Positions 44,119 to 54,599 of a DNA stretch of 64,000 nt are shown piece by piece (position 1 is the stretch's first letter; every line of letters begins with the position of its first letter). Source of the stretch: Eledone cirrhosa (taxonomy: Eukaryota). A program made the translations under genes and the position numbers. Below the pieces are notes generated by a model. It was not told the origin of the DNA and made no database searches. It saw nothing but the letters and a program-made list of their open reading frames with translations. The stretch spans positions 22,072,001 to 22,136,000 of the forward strand of contig OZ024749.1 of assembly GCA_964016885.1 (NCBI GenBank), given 5' to 3'.

Positions 44119-44378
44119 AGAAGGAGAGAGAGTACGTTGCTTGGATATGCATAGATAGATAGATTTCTTTATTTACCATAAAGGCATAAAAAGAAGGGAC
44201 AAATATAAAGGGGGAGTTTACATATAATCGAGTAAAAAGGGTGTAACATGAAAATAATCGAAAATAACCTCAAAAGGGAGGGGACGTGATGGGGGTTGCA
44301 CACACCCCCGAAAAAGTGTGCAATCCTTTGCCCGGGGAGCACATGGAGAAGGTGCTCCCCTCTCCTTTACTTCTTTAC

Positions 44379-47300
44379 CTACAGGATGGTATACAGAGAA
44401 GGCCCATTTACACGAGCCATTCTCGCCACTATCACCCACCTTTCATAAAACTGCCTGTGGCCAAGCACCTCTCTCTCCATTCTTATCCTTCTTCCGAAGT
44501 GATATCGGAAGAAGTAGACCAGACTATGGCCAGAGAGGAAGTTGCCTGACCTCAAACCTTTCAATCGTGTCCACCAAACAACCTCTTTCAACATGGCTAT
44601 TACGCACAGAAAAACCGCCTTTGCTTCCTTTGTGAAGAGGGGAGGCGGTTTGATTGTCATCACGGACTCGGCGGTCAATTTAATCGGCGCCACCCGCGAC
44701 AGCAGTCGTTCGGCGTAGCCCCACAGATCAGCCACGCCCGGACATTGCATCAATGCGTGCGCAACGGTTTCTTCGTGACGCACGCATCTAGGGCAAATCT
44801 TTTTTGAGGGATCCCTGCCCGGGCGCCCGTGTCTGTAGAGCCTCTCTCGAACGGGTAGAGCCCCCCGGTAGCACTGCCAGGCCAGTGACTTCTGGAAGTT
44901 GTCCATTGGTCCTGGGCCGAAAGTCCTACCGAACAGGCTGGCCAGTTCGTCTTCTTCCATGTCCAGCGACTCTCCAAGGGTGTCATCGCCCCTGCTAGCC
45001 ACCAGCCTTCTATAGAATGATGAGGTGGATTCTCCACCGATGGCCTGGCCCGCTTGCCAGAGAGCCCTGAGCGCCTGAGCACACTCAGTGTGCCAGTCTC
45101 CCAGTTTTCCGGATCTTTGCTTGACCCAGGACTGTAGCTCGGTGAGCGAGACGAGTCTCGGAAAGGCTCGTTTCACGAACGGAGCCCACACCGGTTGACC
45201 AGTGAGGAATACCTGTAGGTGCCGTAGCCTTAATGCGTGCCTACGCATCATCAACCACGGCATCCCCAGCCCTCCTTTCGAAGGTTGTTGGCAGCAGATG
45301 GATCTTCTCACCATAGGAGGGCGCTTCTTCCAAAGAAATTGGAAGAGCATGCGTTCCATGGTGGTAAGTGTTTCCTTAGGGCAAGGCACGACAGTCAGGC
45401 GGTAGTAAGTGACGGACGCTATGTAAATGTTCGCCACCTCCGCCCGGTTTTTTAGGGACAGCTTACACTTGGCCCATTTCTGGGTTAGTGCAAACACCTT
45501 GTTCGTAACCTCGTTCCAGTTCTTTTCCACCTGGAGGTCCGGTCCAAACCAGACCCCAAGCAACTTTACCGGGCCCTCCGTCCAGTGTCCGACGACACCG
45601 TCAGGAGGCATCGGTCTGCCTCTCCACGTTCCGAGTTGCAGCCCGATGGATTTTTCCCGGTTCAGTTTCGCTCCTGACAACCTTTCGTACTCCTCTAGTA
45701 AGGTACCGATCGCCTCGATCTCCGAGTCGGTCGATACCATTACTGTTACGTCATCGGCGTAGGCCGACACCGCTTTGCTCAATCCTGGTTCCAGGGGGAT
45801 ACCCTGCAACAACTCCAACTTCCTCAGTAAAGGCTCGAGAGTCAATACGTACAGAAGGGAGGAGAGAGGGCACCCCTGTCGAATGGATCGTGTGATTTCG
45901 AACGGCTTCGAAAGGTAGCCGTTCACCTTGATCCTAGAACAGATGTGGTTGCTATGTAGGGCAGTGATCCAGCCTCTGAAAACGGGTCCGAACCCAGCCG
46001 CCGCTAGCACCGCATCCAGGTAACCATGGTCGACCCTATCGAAGGCCTTAGACTGATCCAAGTTGATCAGGGCCCCACCGAAGCCGGGTTTGTTGCCAAC
46101 CCTCTCTATGATGTATCGCATGAGGTGGAGGTTATCGTGAATGGACCTGGATGGGATATCACATGTCTGCGCATCTCCCACCAGGTCACCCACGACAAGC
46201 GCCAACCTCTTTGCTAACACCTTGGCCAAAATCTTTAACTCTGTGTTTAGCAGGGTTATGGGCCGAAAATTATTTATACTATCCCCCTTGTTCTCGTCCT
46301 TCCTCACCAGCGTGACTACGCCCTTGGCTACAGAACAAAGAATTCTCCCGTTCTGCTGCCAATTGCAGTAGACCGCTTCGAGGAGTTCGGAGAAGAAGAC
46401 CGGCATTGCTAAATAAAGTTCGTAAGGTATACCATCGAGACCTGGAGATTTGCGTCTGCTGCATTGGCTCAGCGCATCTCCGATCTCATCAGCCGAGATT
46501 GGTCCCTCGCAGGACTCTGCCTCTTCGTTCGAGAGACGCGGCAGGCCGTCGAGGTATGGACCGAAATCCACGCCCCCGCCCGGACCCTCGCCTCCCCCGA
46601 ACAATCGGGCAAAGTGCCTTTGAAAGGCCTCGCACATCTGCTTAGGCTCCCGGATCACCCGTCCATCTTCGTCTTGCAACGACCGGATGGTGGATCGATT
46701 TCCACTCTTAGCTTCTGTCACGCGGGCCCATCCAACGGCTTTGGCCCCCTCATTACCTAGAGCACGTATTTTACTTCGAATGACGCAGCCTTCGTGCTTT
46801 GCATCGAAAAACTGGTTCAAGGCCGTCCTCGATGCCAGCACTCTGGCCACATCTTCGCTCTTGATTTCCTCTTCTAATTTACCTGTTAATTCTTTCTCGT
46901 TTCTATTCCTATCGGCAGCTAACATCTTGCTATAACTTATTGATTCTGTTCTAATCTCTCTTTTGAGAGATGCCCACCATCGGTTGTTGACGATTGCACC
47001 CGTCAACCTCTCCTTAACTAATCTGCTAATCCGGTTTCTGTAAGTCTCTTTTGCCGGTAAAGACAAATTAAGTTTCCAGTAACCGGGACCCTGTCTATGT
47101 GTTTTCTCGAGATTGACCACGCAGGTCACTAATTTGTGATCCGTGTAGCCAACCGTGCGCTTTTCTGGACAGCTTAATATGTCCCTATCCTTACTTCTAA
47201 CTAAGGTAGGCACAGTTGGAAAATCTAGTCGATATCTATCGACCAAGTTAAAACGGTCGAGTAACCCCTTGAGGCTGTTACACCCCCCTCTATTAGGACA

Positions 47301-47765
47301 TGCTCCTGCATAGTCCCAACGTGCATCCAGGATGTCATTCCAATCCCCCGCTAGAAGCAGGGAACGCGACGTTCCCAGAAAAGTCTCCAAACGCTGGAAG
47401 AAGTCGGGCCGTTCAGCTCCGAAAGGGGAGTAGACGGCGACCAGTCTCAAGGCCGCACTTTCACTACTGCCAACGTCTAGCACCAACAAACGACCCTCCG
47501 GGTCCGAGTGCACAACCTGTACGGCAAGACCCAGGTGTTTTTGCAGCAGTACGACAACCCCACCCCCACCTCCAGGTTGACAGAGAGATGCATGCACCTC
47601 AAAGTCATCGAAGGTGGGGGCCAGCTGCCGCACGACGCTGATTCGAGTCTCACAGATAACCATTACATTTATACTACATGACCTGAGGTCATTTAGAAGC
47701 TTTGCTTGCTTCCAAGTTGAGCCCAGGCCACGTGCATTCAAACATCCTACTCTTAACACATCCAT
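44379..47765 (-). CDS. ORF2 of copy G, 1128 aa APE-RT-CCHC; an in-frame deletion near 47205 removes the SRSYLDR endonuclease motif
   Basis: Open frame with GDWN, TDH, QGCPLS and YADD; comparison with copies B and C shows the deletion. Confidence 0.9.
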   Translation of the reverse strand: MDVLRVGCLNARGLGSTWKQAKLLNDLRSCSINVMVICETRISVVRQLAPTFDDFEVHASLCQPGGGGGVVVLLQKHLGLAVQVVHSDPEGRLLVLDVGSSESAALRLVAVYSPFGAERPDFFQRLETFLGTSRSLLLAGDWNDILDARWDYAGACPNRGGCNSLKGLLDRFNLVDRYRLDFPTVPTLVRSKDRDILSCPEKRTVGYTDHKLVTCVVNLEKTHRQGPGYWKLNLSLPAKETYRNRISRLVKERLTGAIVNNRWWASLKREIRTESISYSKMLAADRNRNEKELTGKLEEEIKSEDVARVLASRTALNQFFDAKHEGCVIRSKIRALGNEGAKAVGWARVTEAKSGNRSTIRSLQDEDGRVIREPKQMCEAFQRHFARLFGGGEGPGGGVDFGPYLDGLPRLSNEEAESCEGPISADEIGDALSQCSRRKSPGLDGIPYELYLAMPVFFSELLEAVYCNWQQNGRILCSVAKGVVTLVRKDENKGDSINNFRPITLLNTELKILAKVLAKRLALVVGDLVGDAQTCDIPSRSIHDNLHLMRYIIERVGNKPGFGGALINLDQSKAFDRVDHGYLDAVLAAAGFGPVFRGWITALHSNHICSRIKVNGYLSKPFEITRSIRQGCPLSSLLYVLTLEPLLRKLELLQGIPLEPGLSKAVSAYADDVTVMVSTDSEIEAIGTLLEEYERLSGAKLNREKSIGLQLGTWRGRPMPPDGVVGHWTEGPVKLLGVWFGPDLQVEKNWNEVTNKVFALTQKWAKCKLSLKNRAEVANIYIASVTYYRLTVVPCPKETLTTMERMLFQFLWKKRPPMVRRSICCQQPSKGGLGMPWLMMRRHALRLRHLQVFLTGQPVWAPFVKRAFPRLVSLTELQSWVKQRSGKLGDWHTECAQALRALWQAGQAIGGESTSSFYRRLVASRGDDTLGESLDMEEDELASLFGRTFGPGPMDNFQKSLAWQCYRGALPVRERLYRHGRPGRDPSKKICPRCVRHEETVAHALMQCPGVADLWGYAERLLSRVAPIKLTAESVMTIKPPPLFTKEAKAVFLCVIAMLKEVVWWTRLKGLRSGNFLSGHSLVYFFRYHFGRRIRMEREVLGHRQFYERWVIVARMARVNGPSLYTIL

Positions 47766-47798
47766 GTGGGCGGCAGAGCCAAAGGAGAGTGTAGAGAC

Positions 47799-49690
47799 CT
47801 ACCTTTCCGCTTCCCGGGGTTCGGGTTGCACGACTTCCATGGGGTCGGGGGTGTTGGGTGAAGGGGTGTCTTGTGGTGGTGTGGGGTCGTCAGTGTGTGG
47901 TGGGGTTGGGGTGTTTGGAGTTGTGTTGGGGAGGGGAAGGGGAGGGGAAGGGGGGGGAAGCTTTTTAGTAGGACGCGGTTTATGGGTTTGACAGAGGGTG
48001 GTCCTACGTCCTCCTTAAAATCCTTTTTTAGTTTTTGGTAGAGGTTCATTGGGATCTTTATTAGTTTTAAATGTGGGTAGTTTTCTGAGGAAACAAAGTT
48101 TACCCCTTCGGTTTGTACCGAAGGATTATTGTATATGAGTTCATTTAATTTATTATTGTTTCTGTTGATGTAAGTATAGTGTAATGTCTTTTTTTCGGAT
48201 GGTGTGAGTGTTTCGAAGAGGGGAGGGGCAGGTTTGGTTTTGTTTGTTGCTGGAGGGGTGTTTCCTGTTTTGTTGGATTGTGTTGAGATTTGGGTGGGGG
48301 TTGTTTGGCCTTGTGTGTTTTGCACATGTTTTCTTTTTTTCCTTTTAATCTGTCTGAAGGACTCCGTTTCTTCCTCCGAATTCGTTGGGTTATCTTCAGT
48401 GTTGGAGGGGAGAGGTATGTTTGCTGGTAATGTTTCCGTGTTGGTTTTCTTTGTGGGGGAGATGGATGTCACTATGTTAGACTGTGTTGTGTGTTGTGTC
48501 TGCGGTGGTTGTGTTGTTTTATTGAGTGAGAGGTTGGGTGGGCCTGTATTTTGTTTTGGGGTAATGTGTTGTGACTGTTTGTGTTGTGGTGGTGTTGTGG
48601 TGGTGTTGTGGGACTGAGTTTTGTTGTTTGTTTATCTGTTGTGGTGGTGGTGGTGGAGCTGGTGTTGATAGCAGGGTTTTCTTTTTGTTGAGTTGGGGAC
48701 AAGCGGCTTTCAGGTGCCCTCTGCCTGCACAGATATGACAGGACGGCCTTCTCCCCTCCACGCTAATGTTTATATACCCGTGGTCCTCTAATAGGATTCT
48801 GTCGGGTATTTGGGCGATGCGTTCAGGCTTCATTTGCACTACAAGTTCTATACCTGTTCCACTGAACGCATTGCCTGTGGTTTTCCCAATGGAAATCACG
48901 TTGTCATTCGCTGGATCGATGAGCCAGCTATGAGCCAGCAGTAGTCCACATCTGGCATCATTGCATCCAGCCATATGCGTTGAGTTCTTTTCCCCATATA
49001 AGATGGATAAAAGGTGAAATTTTTCGAACGAATCGGTGACAAAGCACATTTTTTTGCCGCCGATTCGTTCTTCATGATAATTGCTAGGCTTCCATACAGT
49101 CTGTCTTTTCTTATGAAAGTGGTTTCATTAAGTACTTCTGTGAGTACTGTTTTGATATCTGCTTGAGAAGGCTGTTCAGGTTTTTTTGTACTGTTGTTGA
49201 TGGTCCGAAACTTGACCGTTCGGCTTTCAATGTCTTTCGTGAATTCTTGAGGCATTTTTACCGATAAAATACCATTCTCTCCTTCACTTATGTATTGTTT
49301 GGCGTCCGTGATCCTTCGTACCACATCTGAAATGTTTTCCGCTATATAAGTCAAAGATTTCTTTGTTTTCTGTGCAAATGAAATCTTGTCGTCTGCTTTG
49401 CTTTCTGATATGGTGTTATTTTCAAATGTTATTTTTGTGTTTGTTGTGTCTTTGTTTGTGTTATTAGTATTGTCATGCAATTTTTCAAATTTTTTTTTTT
49501 CGTTGTTGGAATCCATGTCCAGATTTGTGTTTTCGTCATTTTTTTTCTCCGCAGATTCGTCTGTTTTTATTTTAATTTTTCCTTCCTTCTCTATGACGTT
49601 AGTTGGGAAGGAAGGGAGGACTAAAGCGTGCGAGCTTACAACTCTTACCGCTGTCCCCCCACCACTATTTTCGTTCGCTGCGTTTAACAT
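47799..49690 (-). pseudogene. ORF1 of copy G, several frameshifts
   Basis: 48896..49690, 48519..49049 (CHICAGRGHLKAAC) and 47753..48472; the true C-terminus is MEVVQPEPREAER*. Confidence 0.85.
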
Positions 49691-50273
49691 TTCTGTTAGA
49701 CGATTGAAATTTTTTACACAAAATTTTTTAAAACAGGTTTTTCACCTCTAGGAGGGGTAAAGATGAGCTGACCCACCGCCTGACAGTTCAGACGGAGGGT
49801 CAAGCTACACAATTGTATCAAAATTAAGTTTGAACTCACAAAATTTCCTCAATAAATTTGAACAAAACTTCTGTGCGAAGTGAATGACATCCACACTGTA
49901 GAACAGACGACAGCTAGATTATTTTATGCATAGATAGATAGGCAGACAGACAGACAGACAGACAGACAGACAGGCGGGCTCCTTCTCTGGAAGGTGAAGT
50001 GTTGTATGTTGAAAGATCATGTAACAGGAGACTACGAGGTCATACATACAAAGAAATGTGGAGAGCAGAATTCAATCCCTAGGGGGAACAGCAGTCAACT
50101 GATGATTCTGGGAAGGATCAATCTAGAACGATTTAATGTGGGGCTCCTGGTAAATGCCACTTGATGTGGAGGAATGGGTTGGGGACATGTTCTGGAGCTG
50201 GGCAGATAAGTTTCAAGCTGAAAGTGGTCTGTACACTTGCTGAGGGGCATTTGGGATCTTGTGTGTAGATATA

Positions 50274-50324
<51 letters not shown>

Positions 50325-50424
50325 ATATTAATTTGACAATGAAAGTAACAACAGGGTAGACCACATTGAAAAAAAAAATATATATATATGCACACATTGC
50401 GAGTGTAAACTCGGCCGAAGAAGA

Positions 50425-50470
<46 letters not shown>

Positions 50471-50570
50471 CAAATTTATACGGGAACAAAACAGAGAGGC
50501 AGACAAATAAAGGTTTATTATATATATATATATACATACGTATATATGAGTATATATTTGTATATAAATA

Positions 50571-50607
<37 letters not shown>

Positions 50608-50626
50608 GTATATAAGGGTATATATT

Positions 50627-50700
<74 letters not shown>

Positions 50701-50776
50701 CGTATATATGAGTATTTATATATATTGCATATATAATAGAAGTGGAAGCTTAGTAAAATCAAAGCTTTGCCTGATG

Positions 50777-50857
<81 letters not shown>

Positions 50858-50960
50858 GTATATATATATATATATATATACATACGTATATATGAGTATG
50901 TATATATATTGCATATATAATAGAAGTGGAAGCTTAGTAAAATCAAAGCTTTGCCTGATG

Positions 50961-51100
<140 letters not shown>

Positions 51101-51691
51101 AATATAAGTGCGTGTGTGTATAGAAACACGCGCACATGCATATTGAGACCCAGATTTATCCACACACACACACTCATGCACACACACACTCATGCACACA
51201 CATACGCACACCCATACACGTACATATACTCGCATACTGACACGTTCACATGCATGCATACACATACACATACACACAGAGATACAGACACGTACACACA
51301 TACACAGACACATACACACGCATTCACGCATACACACACAGCTACAGACAAGCATTGCTTTTAATGTTCCAAATGCTTTTCTATCCAGGTGTCATGTCCG
51401 AAGACTTAATCTTCAATCACTGAGATTATTGTCAAGTTAATCGGAGGATTAAATCCCCTAACAAATCTCGGAATAGCCATTATCATGGCTGTCTTTTATT
51501 GGAAAGATCAAACTATGAGCTTCAACTGTAACCGTAGTCAAAAATAGACCTTTAGATCTCTCTGTGTGTGTAGGTATATGAGTATGTGTGATTGTAGACT
51601 GTGAGTATATGTATATTTGTATGAGTGTGTGTGTGTGTGTGTGCATGGCTAGGTTTTCTTGGTTTTATCTCAGATCAAATATATGAATATA

Positions 51692-51757
<66 letters not shown>

Positions 51758-51860
51758 TGTAAGTGTGTATAGATTAACATATCCATATGTATATATATAT
51801 ATAAATATATATATATGTGTGTGTGTTTGTGAATATATCTATATATATACACATATACAT

Positions 51861-51963
<103 letters not shown>

Positions 51964-52044
51964 GATGACGATGATTGACACAAGTTTAAAATGGTGGAAA
52001 GTGATCGCGTTCAACCTGTTGAACTTGAAAATCTCAAGTTACAA

Positions 52045-52505
52045 ACACAAGGGTGGTACACACTAGGGTGGCACACACAAGGGTGGCACACACAACGATG
52101 GCACACACAATGATGTCACACACAATGATGTCACACACAACAGTGGCACACACATTGATGTCACACGCAACAGTGGCACATACAATGATGTCACACGCAA
52201 CAGTGGCACACACAATGATGTCACACGCAACAGTTGCACACACAATGATGTCACACACGCAACAGTTGCACACACAATGATGTCACGCACGCAACAGTGG
52301 CACATCCAATGATGGCACACACAACGATAGCACACGCAACAGTGGCACACGCAATAGTGGCACACACAACGATGGCACACACAACGATTTCACACACAAC
52401 GATGGCAGACACAACAGTGGCACACACAATGATGTCACACACAACAGTGGCACACACAACGATGGCACACACAATGATGGCACACACAGCAGTGTCACAC
52501 AGACA
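52045..52505. repeat. 15-bp-unit minisatellite, CACAC(A/G)CAA(C/T)(G/A)(A/G)TG(G/T)
   Basis: Directly visible, with 15/30-bp periodicity. Confidence 0.92.
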
Positions 52506-52574
52506 CAAAAATGCTATCTACAGATAATAATTCTATAAAATAGTTAATTTATTTTCAATTTTCACAATTTAAGA

Positions 52575-53122
52575 GGGTGGTGGATTGGCAGTATCGGAAG
52601 AGGGTCGGACGCCAAGCTTGGCAGCATAGAGTTACAGCCCTTTACGATCTGAGTTCAAATCCTGTCGAAGTTAACTTTGCTTTTCACCCTTACAAGGTCG
52701 ATAAAATAAAGTACCCGTGACGTACTGGGGTCGATTTAATCGACTTTCCCCTCCCCCAAAATTGCTGGCATTGTGTCTATATAAGAAACCCTTATTTATA
52801 ATTTAATAGGGCGGTGGATTGGTAGAATTTGTAGAGCATCGAACAGTATGCTTTGTGATATATAGTTACAACCCTTTAGGTTCTGAGTTCGAATTCCACC
52901 GAGGTTAGCTTTACCTTTTATCATTACAGGGTCGATAAAATAAAGCACCAGTAATACACTGGTTTTGATTTCATCGACTTTCCCTTCTCCCCAAATTGCT
53001 GGCCTTGTGCCTATAGTAGAAAACATCATTACAGGATCGATAAAATAAAGTACCAGTAATACATTAAACTCGATTTAATCGACTTTCTACTTGCCTTTAA
53101 ATTACTGGCGTTGTAGAAACAA
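52575..53122 (+). mobile_element. Tandem tRNA-derived SINE copies (two full, one partial)
   Basis: GGTGGATTGG head, GAGTTC(A/G)AAT B box and shared GTCGATAAAATAAAGTACC core at about 52575, 52808 and 53029. Confidence 0.8.
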
Positions 53123-53311
53123 TTATTTACAATGTAAGTATATAGAAAGAGGTTTAGGCGGTTCCACGCACATATATTGTTCATTCCTGTCTTAGACAAC
53201 TGATTACAAATTGTGCCTGTCAGATGTACATTAGTTTGAGCAGCAGAAGTAGTGAGATGGCTAGTTAGGCCAGCACTTAACCTGCCGATGCATATATACA
53301 TATATATATAT

Positions 53312-53375
53312 TACTCTTTTACTCTTTTACCTGTTCCAGTCATCCGGCTGAGGCCATGCTGGGGTACCGCCCTTG
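53312..53375 (-). mobile_element. 3' stub of the CR1-group LINE
   Basis: Nearly identical to 30853-30917, including the (AAAAGAGT)n tail. Confidence 0.85.
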
Positions 53376-53450
53376 ATATATATATATATATAAATAGTTG
53401 AATAAATGAACAGAGAACAAAAAACAGAAAGGCAGTACAAATGGTATGGT

Positions 53451-53483
<33 letters not shown>

Positions 53484-53486
<3 letters not shown>

Positions 53487-53607
53487 GGAAAAAGTATGAC
53501 CCCGACGGCAGAGCTCAAGCCGTTTCGACGGCTATTTCTGGTCTCGAGTCCAGATATAGCCGTCGAAACGGCTTGAGCTCTGCCGTCGGGGTCATACTTT
53601 TTCCTAT
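53484..53607. repeat. GC-rich palindromic dispersed repeat, copy 1
   Basis: TAGGAAAAAGTATGACCCCGACGGCAGAGCTCAAGCCGTTTCGACGGCTAT followed by its reverse complement. Confidence 0.9.
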
Positions 53608-53767
53608 TCCCACTCTACTACCCTAAGTGTTGAGTACTCTGGTGTGTTATGGTCCATCTGGTTCCTTACAACATCCCTTTGTTATATATATATATATATA
53701 TATATACGTGCGTGTGTGTGTGTGTATAAACCGCACATATTACAATGAAAATATATCCAACCCACTG

Positions 53768-54325
53768 TATATGGTGGCTGCCAACTCGTTTTCGAGTAGG
53801 GCCACTACTTTATATCCATGTAGGATAACCCCTACCGATGCGCTGAACGAGTGTGACTTTTTAGTCCAGCCAGCGACTTGAAAACTCTGGTACAAACACT
53901 ACACTTGTGACAATTATTGACATATAGTGCTGGGCCCATGGTACCATGTGACGACAAATGCAGAGAGATCTCCAGATATAAAGCAATGCCTGTGCCGTGA
54001 AGCTTTTATAGTGAGAAAAGGCACTGCACAAAGCCAGTCCCACTCTCTTAACCAAGATGATATTTACCAAAAAGAAGAACAAGTCAACATCATTGGATAC
54101 CATCAGGGTTGCAGGTGTTATATCAGAGTTTTCCTTCTCCTAGAATTCTGCCTTGACAAAGGCTAAGGGGTCATCTCTCCCGGTGATTTTGGATGGCCAT
54201 TGACTCTTAAGAGCTCCTTTGCCCTTTGACAGGTTTTGTTTTTAGTTCTGCAGGATGTCCAAAGTCACCCCCCTCACCAAGAAACCTTGGTGGGGTTGCC
54301 AGTTTAGTCGCCAACGACCCGACCA
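53768..54325. mobile_element. Dispersed repeat, probable non-autonomous retroposon (RTE-leader-like), longer copy
   Basis: Matches 28803-29202 in inverted orientation; right end abuts (TA)n. Confidence 0.6.
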
Positions 54326-54338
54326 TATATATATATAT

Positions 54339-54405
<67 letters not shown>

Positions 54406-54409
54406 AAAA

Positions 54410-54580
54410 TAATTGTTTCTACTTTTGGCACAAGGCCAGCAAGTACCCAGTGCATTACTGGTACTTTATTTTATCGACCCCGTAAAGTTGAAAGGCAAAG
54501 TTAACCTCGACGGGATTTGAACTCAGACCGTAAAGGGACGTAACTATGCTGGAAAACATGGCGTCCGACCTTCTACATGA
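54410..54580 (-). mobile_element. tRNA-derived SINE, same family as 52575
   Basis: Reverse complement of GAGTTCAAATCC and GTCGATAAAATAAAGTACCAG. Confidence 0.78.
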
Positions 54581-54599
54581 CTGAGTTTGTGCGTGCGTG

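Larger units (their letters stand above)
44163..49924 (-). mobile_element. Tx1/L1-clade copy G, full length with a 17-bp TSD
   Basis: TATGCATAGATAGATAG at 44146-44162 and 49925-49941; 5' UTR, ORF1, ORF2 and 3' UTR all present. Confidence 0.94.

Noticed and set aside
50690-50960. Duplicated roughly 80-bp unique segment between (TA)n tracts
   Set aside because: Local tandem duplication or assembly stutter with no functional signal.
51375-51547. Possible host exon after TTTTCTATCCAG with a hydrophobic LNPLTNLGIAIIMAVFYW stretch
   Set aside because: All three frames hit stops shortly after the acceptor and there is no recognisable homology.
52045-52505. CRISPR-like or repeat-protein appearance
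   Set aside because: Contiguous 15-bp units with no unique spacers, no cas genes and a eukaryotic context.
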